DNA from: a virus
Taxonomy: Duplodnaviria > Caudoviricetes
Strand: one strand, 5' to 3'
IMG/VR virus record: IMGVR_UViG_3300032318_000846
Location: 1 to 38,749 of that record
DNA: 38,749 nt
In this document: in pieces, positions 26,083 through 36,807 of the stretch
How the letters are laid out: each line of letters starts with the position of its first letter
Numbering within the stretch: position 1 is the first letter of the stretch
Position numbers and translations under genes: made by a program
The notes under the pieces: generated by a model
What the model was told of the DNA's origin: nothing
The model's database searches: none
What the model saw: the letters and a program-made list of their open reading frames with translations, nothing else

Positions 26083-26699
26083 TGCAAACGGACACCTTCA
26101 CCAATCTGCTCACCCTCGTAAAGGGGTTGTCGGGCAACACGTCCTTCACGTCCGCTGAAGAGACGTTGGTGGGGTCGTTCATCAATCGGCGCATCTACAA
26201 CGCCTACAAGCGGAGCAACTACTGGCCCCGCTATTTGGTTTTAGGAGAGGCGAGGGCGGCGACCAATAGCACGGTACCTTTCACCCAAGTCACGCTCAAT
26301 TCCATCGACAGCTTCCTCCGTATCTATGACGAGGAGCCGTGGGTGACGAACAGCGTTAGCGAGTATGACTTTGTGGTGACGGCGGATGGGGCGCAGATTC
26401 TGACCAACACGTCAGGAGCCTCTACGTTCTACGTCGATTACAAGAAACGCTGGGAAGGGGATTACAATTCGACCACCAACCAGAATGTGCCCTTGGAGTT
26501 CTTCCATTATGGGGCGCACGGGGCTTTTGCCGACTTCCTCCGTTATGACGGGCAGTTGGAGAAGGCGGCGGCGGAGGAGGGGTATGCGGAGTCTCTCCTT
26601 ATGCTAGAATTGGAAAACGTGATGAACCAGCGGAATTTGAACACCGCTGCCAAGCGTATCCGCTCGCACACAACTCAACAGGCTAGGTACACTCGCTAA
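26082..26699 (+). CDS. Putative head-tail adaptor protein
   Basis: About 200 aa with helical N- and C-termini, located after the capsid genes. Confidence 0.55.
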   Translation: MQTDTFTNLLTLVKGLSGNTSFTSAEETLVGSFINRRIYNAYKRSNYWPRYLVLGEARAATNSTVPFTQVTLNSIDSFLRIYDEEPWVTNSVSEYDFVVTADGAQILTNTSGASTFYVDYKKRWEGDYNSTTNQNVPLEFFHYGAHGAFADFLRYDGQLEKAAAEEGYAESLLMLELENVMNQRNLNTAAKRIRSHTTQQARYTR

Positions 26700-26700
26700 T

Positions 26701-27024
26701 ATGGCTAACGCCCGCATTGTTAACACCCCGTCCCAGGCTATCCCCCAGAATAGCGCGACGCACGCCCAGAACACGGTTAGCTCGGCTGCGGAGGCTGTGG
26801 TGGACTTCACCTTGGCTGCCGGCACCACCCACGTCCTGATTCAGTTTAACGGGGCGGATGCGCGGGTGACGTTTGACGGGGTCGATCCTACTGCCACGAA
26901 GGGGTTTGTGTACAAGGACGGAGCCTCGGCCTATTGGACCCGGCAGATGGCGATTGCCGCCAAGGCCATCCGTAAGGACTCCACGGATGTGGTGGTGGAG
27001 ATTCAGGAGCTTAACTACCTGTGA
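26701..27024 (+). CDS. Small beta-rich virion protein
   Basis: RVTFDGVDPTATKG pattern; structural-region position. Confidence 0.6.
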   Translation: MANARIVNTPSQAIPQNSATHAQNTVSSAAEAVVDFTLAAGTTHVLIQFNGADARVTFDGVDPTATKGFVYKDGASAYWTRQMAIAAKAIRKDSTDVVVEIQELNYL

Positions 27025-27227
27025 CGGTATTTGAGACGGCGCTTCTGTCCAAGACGGACAACCTCTACCGTGGGTTTACGCCTGCGGCGGTGGATCGTGC
27101 GTTCTGGTCGGACACCCTTAACAGCGTCCCGTATGCCAACCAGCCGGACGTTCCATTCTACTTGATCACCGCTACCGGGGATCGTCTGGTGGACGACGCT
27201 GGCAATCCCTTCCTAGCCCTCACCTAA
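27021..27227 (+). CDS. Hypothetical structural protein
   Basis: GTGA overlap; LITATGDRLVDDAG C-terminus. Confidence 0.6.
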   Translation: MTVFETALLSKTDNLYRGFTPAAVDRAFWSDTLNSVPYANQPDVPFYLITATGDRLVDDAGNPFLALT

Positions 27228-27228
27228 T

Positions 27229-28392
27229 ATGGCCGACATTCGCATCAAGGACATTACGACGACTGCCTCCAGCACTGCTAGCGGCGACTTCTTCGTCATC
27301 GACGGCACTACGGGCACGCGGAAGGTTAATGCGTTCAATCCCTCGTTTGGCGGCAACGCCACGGTGACGGGGACGCTGACGGCGGGTGGGGATATTACTG
27401 TCAGTAAGAGTAGCGGAAATCCCAAATTGCTTGCTAGCATTACAGCAGCTGGTACGGCTGGTCAGTTCCCCCTATTACAGCTTGAAGACAATCGCACCGG
27501 AGGGATTACATACAACCTTGAATCCGGTCGCACGGTTGGATCATTTACCCTGAGAGATGGTACAAATGCTGTAAATCGGTTATCGCTTACGACTTCTACG
27601 CTAACGGTGGAAATGACCACCGCCTCCACGACCACCTCTACCGGCGCGCTGGTGGTGGGCAACGGGACGAGCGGTGGGCTGGGGGTGGGGGGTGCGATTA
27701 ACGCGGGCAGTTACCTTCGGTCGATCAATTCTGCTGCGGCTAACGATACGGAGTTCACCGCCTTACGTGCCGACGTTGGCGCAGATGGCACCTTGGGCGC
27801 GGCTGTAGTTGCTATCGGCTCTCTGCCCAGCGCAACGGGGGCGAGTCGCTATGGGTTCATTACGTGCTCCGATAACGTAGACTGGCGAAAGCTGTACATC
27901 GGTGGTCGTCCCGGCCTTGCGGCTAGCGGCGGCCAAGTACTAATCCCGTCCACGGCATCCTCCACCTCCACCTCCTCTGGAGCCTTGGTGGTGAGCGGGG
28001 GCGTGGGGGTGGGGGAACAAATTCACGCCAAGTATTACACGGCCACTTCCAATATTGTGGCGGGATTTACTGCCAATACGCACGTACTGGATTACTACTC
28101 TGGTACTGCGCGAAATGTGGTTTTTGGTCCCGACGCTTCCACTATTGGGAACTGGAAGTTGCAGTTGTTGCGTAGCGACGCGAGTGCATCGATTGATGCG
28201 CTTACTATTTCAAATGCCGGCAATGGTGTTTTTTATGGAAGCGTCAAGACTGCCGCTCCTTCTGGTGGCACCGCCGCCGCTTGGAAGCTCGGCACCGTCG
28301 CCACCGTCTCGCCTACGTCGCCCAACCGCACCATCGAGGTGGATATTGGCGGCACCATCTACTACATTCACGCCAAGACCACCAACAACTAA
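27229..28392 (+). CDS. Tail fibre-like protein
   Basis: Ser/Thr/Gly-rich with two ST.GALVV..GG.GVG repeats. Confidence 0.7.
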   Translation: MADIRIKDITTTASSTASGDFFVIDGTTGTRKVNAFNPSFGGNATVTGTLTAGGDITVSKSSGNPKLLASITAAGTAGQFPLLQLEDNRTGGITYNLESGRTVGSFTLRDGTNAVNRLSLTTSTLTVEMTTASTTTSTGALVVGNGTSGGLGVGGAINAGSYLRSINSAAANDTEFTALRADVGADGTLGAAVVAIGSLPSATGASRYGFITCSDNVDWRKLYIGGRPGLAASGGQVLIPSTASSTSTSSGALVVSGGVGVGEQIHAKYYTATSNIVAGFTANTHVLDYYSGTARNVVFGPDASTIGNWKLQLLRSDASASIDALTISNAGNGVFYGSVKTAAPSGGTAAAWKLGTVATVSPTSPNRTIEVDIGGTIYYIHAKTTNN

Positions 28393-28398
28393 TCTCCT

Positions 28399-28653
28399 AT
28401 GAATACCATCATCAATGTGCAGCCCGTGTCTGTCTGGACCCCGACCGGCACCAAGTCCGCAACCAAGTTCACGGCCCGCTACGTCAACTATCAGGGTGGC
28501 CCCGCCGTGGCCGACTGCGTCCTCCTCGACGCTGCCGGTGCGGAAGTGAGCGCCCAACTGGTCAATGCCACCGAAGCCCAGACCGCCGCGTGGACCACCG
28601 ACGCGGCGTTCTACAAAGTTCTTGCCCAGAACGCGGGTTTGTCCCCTCTGTAA
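28399..28653 (+). CDS. Tail-fibre-associated small protein
   Basis: 84 aa directly after the fibre gene. Confidence 0.6.
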   Translation: MNTIINVQPVSVWTPTGTKSATKFTARYVNYQGGPAVADCVLLDAAGAEVSAQLVNATEAQTAAWTTDAAFYKVLAQNAGLSPL

Positions 28654-28656
28654 GGG

Positions 28657-28803
28657 ATGGACCCTAAGCAGGCTCTAAGCATCCTCAGTCAGGCTGCCGC
28701 TCAATTTCGCGGCACCCGTCAAGACCACGAAGTTCTGGAACAGGCCCTTAACGCCATCCAGAAGCTCGTTGAACCCTCCGTACAGAAGCCAGAATCGGAC
28801 TAA
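28657..28803 (+). CDS. Small helical protein (not in ORF track)
   Basis: 48 aa MDPKQALSILSQAAAQFRGTRQDHEVLEQALNAIQKLVEPSVQKPESD; fills the gap exactly. Confidence 0.65.
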   Translation: MDPKQALSILSQAAAQFRGTRQDHEVLEQALNAIQKLVEPSVQKPESD

Positions 28804-28805
28804 CT

Positions 28806-28991
28806 ATGAACGCCTCCGTCATCTCCTCCATTGTTCGTCACCTCCTCGGCATTGCTGGTGGTTGGTTGCTTGCCAAGGGCATTAGCCTAGACGCCGGCAC
28901 CGTTGAGACCATTGCCGGCTCCGTAGGCTCCCTGTTGGCCGTAGGATGGTCCCTGTACGCGAAGCGGGGCTCTGCTACCCCCTCGGCCTAA
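28806..28991 (+). CDS. Putative holin (two transmembrane segments)
   Basis: IVRHLLGIAGGWL...G.LLAVGWS plus a basic tail. Confidence 0.65.
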   Translation: MNASVISSIVRHLLGIAGGWLLAKGISLDAGTVETIAGSVGSLLAVGWSLYAKRGSATPSA

Positions 28992-29046
28992 AAGTGGCTT
29001 AAAAGCCAAGGAAACGCCGTTTCCGGGCATAGGGTAGAATAGACCT

Positions 29047-30506
<1,460 letters not shown>

Positions 30507-30515
30507 CCTCCTACA

Positions 30516-30878
30516 ATGGCAACCTTCTCCAAAGTACTACTGTCCGGCTCCACGCAGGGCAAGGCCATCAAGGTGGCCGCGACGGCCTCGACTGGCACGA
30601 CCATCCACGCGACCGGCACTTCGTCCTCCATCATCGACGAGGTGTGGCTCTATGCCTACAATTCGTCCGCGAGCGCCGTGACGCTCACGATTCAGTACGG
30701 CGGCACCACGGCGGTGGACAATGACATCAAGCTGTCGATTCCCGCTACGGCTGGACTGACGCTGGTGGTGCCGGGGCTCACGCTCACGGGCACCGGGTCT
30801 GCGGCCAACACCGTCGCAGCCTACGCCGGGACCACGAACGTTATCACCATCAGCGGCTACGTCAACCGCATCACGTAA
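30516..30878 (+). CDS. Small beta-sandwich virion protein
   Basis: DEVWLYAYN...ISGYVNRI; structural-region position. Confidence 0.65.
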   Translation: MATFSKVLLSGSTQGKAIKVAATASTGTTIHATGTSSSIIDEVWLYAYNSSASAVTLTIQYGGTTAVDNDIKLSIPATAGLTLVVPGLTLTGTGSAANTVAAYAGTTNVITISGYVNRIT

Positions 30879-31810
30879 TGGCTAATCCGCTCCGCAGGAT
30901 GGTGTCGTCCAGTCAGGTGGCTGACTGGTTTCCCACTACGAAACTTCTCGCCGTACCTTCTCGTGCCCAGACGGTTCAAGTTGAGTATCTGGTGATCGCT
31001 GGTGGCGGTGGTGGCGGCGGCAATCGCGGTGGCGGCGGAGGCGCTGGTGGCTATCGTTGCTCGGTGCCCGGTGAAACTAGTGGTGCCAATTCAAGCGCCG
31101 AAAGTGTTTTTCAGGCCGTCGTTGGCACTAGCTACACGGTTACCGTTGGAGCTGGTGGCGCAGGTGGTAATAAAGGAAACGGAACAGCGGGAAGTGATTC
31201 GGTATTTTCGACAATTACATCAACCGGAGGAGGCCGCGGCCCTGCCAACGGAAGTGCCGCTGGCAATGGAGGAAGTGGAAGCGGTGGAGCTGGATTTACG
31301 GCTGCAAATAGCGGTGGTACCGGAACGGGGAATCAAGGTAAGAATGGCGGCAATGGACGCAACGACTCGACCAATAGCGCGGGCGGTGGTGGCGGCGGTG
31401 CATCAGCCGATGGTGTTGCTGCGGCTACTGCCGCTCCTGATGGCGGCGCCGGGCTGTCATCATCAATAACTGGTAGCGCGACGACTCGCGGCGGTGGTGG
31501 CGGTGGTGGCATTGATAAGCGCGGGTACACGTTAAATGCAGGCGCTGGAGGAGCAGGAGGCGGCGGCTCTGGTAGCAATACAGGACTGGCTGGCACAGCT
31601 GGATCATCTAATACTGGAGGAGGTGGAGGTGCGGGCGGTTTGGCGAATGACGGCTTAAATACAACGTACGAGGGCGCAAACGGCGGCTCGGGCGTTGTGA
31701 TTGTTCGCGCATTGGTTCCTGCCACATCCACCACCGGAAGCCCATCTAGCAGCACCTCCGGCAGCTATTACATCTACACCTTCAACGCCAGCGGCAGCAT
31801 TACCTACTAA
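30878..31810 (+). CDS. Glycine-rich domain virion protein
   Basis: VEYLVIAGGGGGG...GGGGAGG...GGSGVVIVR. Confidence 0.8.
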   Translation: MANPLRRMVSSSQVADWFPTTKLLAVPSRAQTVQVEYLVIAGGGGGGGNRGGGGGAGGYRCSVPGETSGANSSAESVFQAVVGTSYTVTVGAGGAGGNKGNGTAGSDSVFSTITSTGGGRGPANGSAAGNGGSGSGGAGFTAANSGGTGTGNQGKNGGNGRNDSTNSAGGGGGGASADGVAAATAAPDGGAGLSSSITGSATTRGGGGGGGIDKRGYTLNAGAGGAGGGGSGSNTGLAGTAGSSNTGGGGGAGGLANDGLNTTYEGANGGSGVVIVRALVPATSTTGSPSSSTSGSYYIYTFNASGSITY

Positions 31811-32169
31811 TGGCCCACTTCGCGCAACTCGACGACAACAACATCGTCCGACAGGTCATCGTAGTGTCGAACAACGACTGCCTCGACGCCAATGGACAAG
31901 AGAGCGAGGCCGTGGGCGTTGCGTTCTGCCAGAATCTCTTTGGCGGGAACTGGCTCCAGACCTCCTATCACGGAAACATCCGCGTCCGCTTTGCCGGGAT
32001 CGGCTATCGCTACGACAGCGTGCGTGACGCCTTTATTGCGCCGCAGCCCTATCTCTCGTGGGTCTTCAACGAGACCACGCTCGATTGGGACGCTCCCATC
32101 CCCTACCCGACTGACGGCAAGACGTATGCGTGGGATGAGTCCATCCAGAACTGGGTGGAAGTGCCGTGA
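31810..32169 (+). CDS. Conserved partner of Gly-rich proteins (MAHFA type)
   Basis: MAHFAQLD...WLQTSY...FAGIGY.YD...DAFI.P.PY.SW...W. Confidence 0.75.
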   Translation: MAHFAQLDDNNIVRQVIVVSNNDCLDANGQESEAVGVAFCQNLFGGNWLQTSYHGNIRVRFAGIGYRYDSVRDAFIAPQPYLSWVFNETTLDWDAPIPYPTDGKTYAWDESIQNWVEVP

Positions 32170-32384
32170 CCAGCGTCGTTGGCCTAGTCCTAGCCCTGTC
32201 TAAGGCCATTCCCTTCTTAAACAGGCTTCTAGACGCCATACAAGAGGCCAGGCTCATCTCCACCCACAATGCCATCGACCAAGCCATCCAGAACGCCCGT
32301 AATGGCCCTTCTGTGTGCCCTTATGGGGCTTGTCCTCTCAGGGTGCGCGACGCCAAAGGTCAACCAACTCCTGCTGCATCCTGA
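32166..32384 (+). CDS. Putative i-spanin-like protein
   Basis: N-terminal hydrophobic helix; overlapped by a lipoprotein ORF in another frame. Confidence 0.45.
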   Translation: MTSVVGLVLALSKAIPFLNRLLDAIQEARLISTHNAIDQAIQNARNGPSVCPYGACPLRVRDAKGQPTPAAS

Positions 32385-32469
32385 GTTCCCGGCTGCTGCC
32401 CAATTTGCCCCCAACTTCACCTCAGACGTCCTCAAAGCCCTAGCCGACTATGAGCGCAAGTCGTGGTAA
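32302..32469 (+). CDS. Lipoprotein, putative o-spanin
   Basis: MALLCALMGLVLSG-C lipobox, starting within the preceding gene. Confidence 0.55.
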   Translation: MALLCALMGLVLSGCATPKVNQLLLHPEFPAAAQFAPNFTSDVLKALADYERKSW

Positions 32470-32479
32470 ACTCCTCCCA

Positions 32480-32629
32480 ATGCTCCATCCAAGGGACATT
32501 CTTGTTGCGGGGACCCCGGCTGTGGCGTCCATCACCCTTTCCCAGGTTAACCAAGTCGTCGGCCTTGTGGCCTCCGTCTTAGGCATCTGCTATCTCTTGT
32601 GGAAGTGGCGGCGGGAGGCTTGTAAATGA
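32480..32629 (+). CDS. Small membrane protein, holin-like (not in ORF track)
   Basis: 49 aa with VVGLVASVLGICYLLW and a KWRR tail; ATGA overlap with the next gene. Confidence 0.6.
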   Translation: MLHPRDILVAGTPAVASITLSQVNQVVGLVASVLGICYLLWKWRREACK

Positions 32630-32868
32630 ACCCCCGCGACCTCCCCTGCAACAGTCCGAGGCGTGATGTGCAGGGTGGTTCCAAATTCGTCGTCAAAGCC
32701 TGTCAGAACGGTCAGGAACGGGTGGTCCGCTTTGGGGACGCCAATATGACCATCAAGAAGTCCATCCCCGCCCGTAAGAAGAGCTATTGCGCCCGGTCTG
32801 GGGGTATCAAGGGAACCAACAACAAACTGTCGGCTAATTTTTGGAGCCGACGCCAATGGGCCTGCTAA
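32626..32868 (+). CDS. Small basic phage protein (RFGD...ARKKS.CAR type)
   Basis: Lys/Arg-rich 80 aa ending SANFWSRRQW. Confidence 0.75.
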   Translation: MNPRDLPCNSPRRDVQGGSKFVVKACQNGQERVVRFGDANMTIKKSIPARKKSYCARSGGIKGTNNKLSANFWSRRQWAC

Positions 32869-32872
32869 TTCT

Positions 32873-33004
32873 ATGCCTAATCACTACAAGTCCAAGAAGG
32901 AGAAGATGCGCCACGAACGCTCCGAAGGTAAGAAGGAGCGGATGATGGAGTATGGCTCGATGAAGACCAAGAACCACGGCACCAGCCGTAAGAAGTGCTC
33001 CTAA
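32873..33004 (+). CDS. Small basic protein (not in ORF track)
   Basis: 43 aa MPNHYKSKKEKMRHERSEGKKERMMEYG... Confidence 0.65.
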   Translation: MPNHYKSKKEKMRHERSEGKKERMMEYGSMKTKNHGTSRKKCS

Positions 33005-33005
33005 G

Positions 33006-33146
33006 ATGCCGCTGACCAAGAAAGGCTCCAAGATTCTTGCCGCGATGAAGGAAGAGTATGGCAAGGAACGTGGGCAGCGCGTGTTCTACGCCGCCGCCAA
33101 CAAGGGCACCATCAAGGGCGTCGATTTCCGTAGGAAGAAGAAGTAA
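33006..33146 (+). CDS. Small basic protein, MPLTKKG type (not in ORF track)
   Basis: 46 aa MPLTKKGSKILAAMKEEYGKERGQRVFYAAANKGTIKGVDFRRKKK with a TAATG overlap. Confidence 0.75.
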   Translation: MPLTKKGSKILAAMKEEYGKERGQRVFYAAANKGTIKGVDFRRKKK

Positions 33147-33925
33147 TGCCTCTCCTCTCCACCGTTGGCGGGGCCTCGTTCCGGGGCTTTGCGGCTTACA
33201 ATGTCGTCGTTTCCTCGCCATTCATTGTGGCTACGGGGGGGACTGTGTACGTCGATCCCACTAACGCCGACTACAAGATTCACCAGTTCACGTCGTCGTC
33301 CAACTTCGTAATCACCGACTGCCCTTCGTCCCCAACGGTGGAGTTGATGATGGTGGCCGGCGGTGGCGGTGGGCGCTACGGTGGTGGTGGTGCCGGTGGC
33401 TACATCTGGAGAACGGCATTTGCGGTGGGCTTAGGCACCTACTCGGTCGGGGTTGGTTCTGGAGGAGGTGCGGGAGGCTCTAATGGCGGAGACACCACGT
33501 TTGGCGGGCTAACGGCTCTCGGAGGTGGTGGAGGCGGCGAAACTGCTGGCGGCTCTGGCGGTGGTGGCGTGGATAGCAACGGAGAAGCCGGATTGCAGCC
33601 CACTTCCTCTAGCGGCGGCTTTGGTAACAGGGGTGGCAACTGGACCGCTTTCGGCTATGACGGAGCGGGTGGTGGTGCTGGCGGTGTTGGCGGTGACGGA
33701 AGCTCTCCGGTGGGCGGTGTGGGCCGTACTGCCGACATCATTAGCTCAACTAGTGCCTTTGCTACGTTTGCTTCCGGTGGCTACGGCAACCAGAACTCCG
33801 TGTCGTTCGCCCTTCCCAGCGCCGTGTCCAATTCGGGTAATGGCGGTTGGGGTGGTGGCTATGGTGGGGTAAGCTTTGGAGCCGGCCAGGCTGGCATCGT
33901 CCGCATCAGGTACAAATTTCAATAA
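33146..33925 (+). CDS. Glycine-rich domain virion protein
   Basis: ATGG...IHQFTSS...VELMMVAGGGGG...GIVRIRY. Confidence 0.8.
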   Translation: MPLLSTVGGASFRGFAAYNVVVSSPFIVATGGTVYVDPTNADYKIHQFTSSSNFVITDCPSSPTVELMMVAGGGGGRYGGGGAGGYIWRTAFAVGLGTYSVGVGSGGGAGGSNGGDTTFGGLTALGGGGGGETAGGSGGGGVDSNGEAGLQPTSSSGGFGNRGGNWTAFGYDGAGGGAGGVGGDGSSPVGGVGRTADIISSTSAFATFASGGYGNQNSVSFALPSAVSNSGNGGWGGGYGGVSFGAGQAGIVRIRYKFQ

Positions 33926-36108
33926 TGCCCCGCTATTCACAGTATGGTGCGACGGACACGGTGGTTGGAGATGAGGGGGATGTCTCCTTTCTCCGACTGA
34001 ACACCCGTCTGCGTCCTGACCAGCTCCAGCCTGGCGATGTGGCGGGGTCTGTGAATGGCCGGATGGATGTAGACGGCGCGTGGCAGGTGAGAAAAGGCGT
34101 AGACAGCTTTGGCCCTACGCTGACGGCTAATACGGAGGCGCTCATCCTCTCCGCTACCCCGGTCATCAAGCTGTACGGGAGTACGCCCAAGGCCATTTCC
34201 TCAGCCACCCGCAGCACGACTACCGTTACCATCACCACCTCGGCTAGTCACGGGTTTAGCTCTAATACTCTGGTAAACATCTACGGCCTGTCCGGGTCTG
34301 TAGACCCTAACGGCAACCGGCTCATCACGGTGACCGGGAGCGCGACGTTCACCTACACCATCACCGGAGCTACGGGGAGTGAGACCTATGGTGGGACGGG
34401 GAATGCCCGCAATCCCATCCTGTCCGAGTCTGCGACGACGGGTGTTTACGGCTCCTGCATCTTTTCGGATCCGTCTACGACGAACACCCGGTACATCCTC
34501 CGCGCCACCAATAAGGAGGTGCTGGCGGTGAACGTGTCTACGGGCGTGTCTACGTCCATCGCCTATCCGTCTGGCGTAACTATCGGTGTCCGGGTGGAGA
34601 TGCTGCAATGCTTCGACAAGGTGCTCCTCTTCCGTCCTAGCGGGGTCGCCGCCTTGGAGTGGAACGGCAGCCTGTCTGGTACTCCCGCCTTCACGGTGGT
34701 GTCAAATGGCACCTACACCCAGCCCGTCTATTTCGACGCGGCGGGGAATACGACCATCACGGATGGCGTGGTCACCGTCACCGCCACCAGCCACGGCCTG
34801 TCGGTTGGGGATAAGGTGTACGTCATTGACCGAGGCTCCTCTGAGCTAGAGGAGGGGGATAAGGACTACACGGTGAGCGAGGTGCCGGGGGTTAGTAGCT
34901 TCAAGTTCTACGCTCAGGTGAGGGATATGGCGGCCAATCTGGTCGTCATTTCCAAGAAGGTTAGCTCTGGACGAGGATTCGTCCATATGCCATCCCCGGA
35001 GTTCGGCGTCTACCATCAACGTCGTCTCTGGGTGCCGTACACCCATAACAGCGGCAATCCCGGGACCAGCCGTAATCGGACGGACGAAATCATCGCCTCC
35101 GACATCCTCGACTACAACACCTTCGACCAGCTTCAGAACCAATACCGCATTACTGCGGGGGTGGCCGACTATGTCATCGGCATCGAGCCCTTCGCGGAGG
35201 ACAATCTCTTGGTGTTCAACCGCAACTCCATCCATCTGATTCGGGGAGTGGGCGGGGCTTTGACGGATACCACCACCCAGCTCATTACGACTGAGGTGGG
35301 GTGTGTGGCTCGCCGCTCCATCCTTCAGGTTGGTAATCAGGTGATGTTCCTGTCGGACAATGGGGTGTACGCCGCCCAATTTGGCGACCTCTACAACCTC
35401 CGTGGGGCCGGGGTTCCGTTGTCTGAGCCCATCAATAGTCTCATCCAGCGTATCAACCGTAATTACGTTGGAAACAGCGTCGCGGCCTATTTCAACAACC
35501 GCTACTACTTGGCTATCCCGTTGGACGCCTCGACGGTGAACAACGCCATCCTCATTTACAACTTCTTGAATCAGGGGTGGGAGAGCCTAGATACGACCGG
35601 CCAGAACGGGTGGGAGATCCAGAACTTCTTGGTGGTGGATAGCGGGGGTCTGTCCAAGCTATACACCGTTAGTTCCTCCGGTTCCATTCACATTGTGGAT
35701 GAGCGTTCTGCGGGGAGTGACCGTCTAAGCCTCTTTGCCGGCGTGCCTGCCACCATCTACTCCATAGCCCCGAGTGTCACCACCCGGCAATATGCCTTTG
35801 GTCAGCTTGGCCGGAAGAAGTTCTCCACCTACGAACTGCACGTAGAGAGTTCGGAATCTGAGAGTAGCGAGGGCACCATCTCCATTGACATCGAGAATCC
35901 CGACTTCTCGGAGGCCCTATCCACCATTAGCGCCCTAAATGGGGAGACTCTAGGAGTGGGCGAAGACACCTCCCTGCGTGGTAGAATCGGCAACAAACGT
36001 GGCTACGCCGCCCAAATTGTCTTAACTCCCAGCAATGGGCGTCCCAAGCTCCGGGCGGTGAAGTTGCAGGCGTCCCTCACCGACCCAACCATCACTTCCA
36101 AGTCCTAA
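33925..36108 (+). CDS. Tail tube / nozzle (P22 gp10- or T7 gp12-like) protein with two FCCH-like inserts
   Basis: Start at the TAATG overlap (33925); 727 aa beta-propeller-like with GCVARRSI...FLSDNGVY and two T..SHG.S.G/N domains. Confidence 0.7.
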   Translation: MPRYSQYGATDTVVGDEGDVSFLRLNTRLRPDQLQPGDVAGSVNGRMDVDGAWQVRKGVDSFGPTLTANTEALILSATPVIKLYGSTPKAISSATRSTTTVTITTSASHGFSSNTLVNIYGLSGSVDPNGNRLITVTGSATFTYTITGATGSETYGGTGNARNPILSESATTGVYGSCIFSDPSTTNTRYILRATNKEVLAVNVSTGVSTSIAYPSGVTIGVRVEMLQCFDKVLLFRPSGVAALEWNGSLSGTPAFTVVSNGTYTQPVYFDAAGNTTITDGVVTVTATSHGLSVGDKVYVIDRGSSELEEGDKDYTVSEVPGVSSFKFYAQVRDMAANLVVISKKVSSGRGFVHMPSPEFGVYHQRRLWVPYTHNSGNPGTSRNRTDEIIASDILDYNTFDQLQNQYRITAGVADYVIGIEPFAEDNLLVFNRNSIHLIRGVGGALTDTTTQLITTEVGCVARRSILQVGNQVMFLSDNGVYAAQFGDLYNLRGAGVPLSEPINSLIQRINRNYVGNSVAAYFNNRYYLAIPLDASTVNNAILIYNFLNQGWESLDTTGQNGWEIQNFLVVDSGGLSKLYTVSSSGSIHIVDERSAGSDRLSLFAGVPATIYSIAPSVTTRQYAFGQLGRKKFSTYELHVESSESESSEGTISIDIENPDFSEALSTISALNGETLGVGEDTSLRGRIGNKRGYAAQIVLTPSNGRPKLRAVKLQASLTDPTITSKS

Positions 36109-36109
36109 A

Positions 36110-36805
36110 ATGGCTATCCTGGCTACTGGCAACACCTTCGCGGTTGGGGACGAGCTTACTCACACCAAGCTCAACAACTCCGTCAATAATGCGACGTTTG
36201 ACACGGGAGCTGTGGACAATGCCACCACCCAGTTGTCGGGCGGAGCGCTCATTGTTAAGGATGGGGGAATCACCCCAGCCAAGATGTCTACGGGTGGGCC
36301 TTCTTGGACGAGTGGCGGGGCGTTGACGGCTACGTCCATCCAGAACTCCCCTATTGGCTCCACTACGGCCTCTTCCGGGGCTTTTACGACGCTTTCTGCG
36401 TCCGGCACTACCTCCATCTATGAGACGGTCGAAAAAGCGGCGATTTCGGGTGCGGCGCTCACTGGTACGGTTAATTTTAGCTGGCTGGATGGAGCGGTGG
36501 TTTATGTCACCGCCAATGCTTCCGGGAATTGGACGCTGAACGTCCGTGGGGACGGGTCTAACACCCTCAACAGCGTTCTGTCTACCAACGACTCCATCAC
36601 CCTAGCCCTCTTGGCTACGCAGGGGTCTACGGCCTACTATCAGTCTGCGATGCAAATCGATGGCAGTAGTGTTACTCCTAAGTGGGCTGGTGGTACGGCT
36701 CCGACCGCCGGCAATGCCAGTTCCATCGACGTTTACACGTTCACGATCATCAAGACCGCTTCTGCGACGTTCACCGTTCTGGCTAGTCAGACCAAATTCG
36801 CTTAA
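36110..36805 (+). CDS. Tail spike / fibre-like protein
   Basis: VKDGGIT.AK repeat and a PKWAGG.AP...DVYTF C-terminal domain. Confidence 0.6.
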   Translation: MAILATGNTFAVGDELTHTKLNNSVNNATFDTGAVDNATTQLSGGALIVKDGGITPAKMSTGGPSWTSGGALTATSIQNSPIGSTTASSGAFTTLSASGTTSIYETVEKAAISGAALTGTVNFSWLDGAVVYVTANASGNWTLNVRGDGSNTLNSVLSTNDSITLALLATQGSTAYYQSAMQIDGSSVTPKWAGGTAPTAGNASSIDVYTFTIIKTASATFTVLASQTKFA

Positions 36806-36807
36806 TT

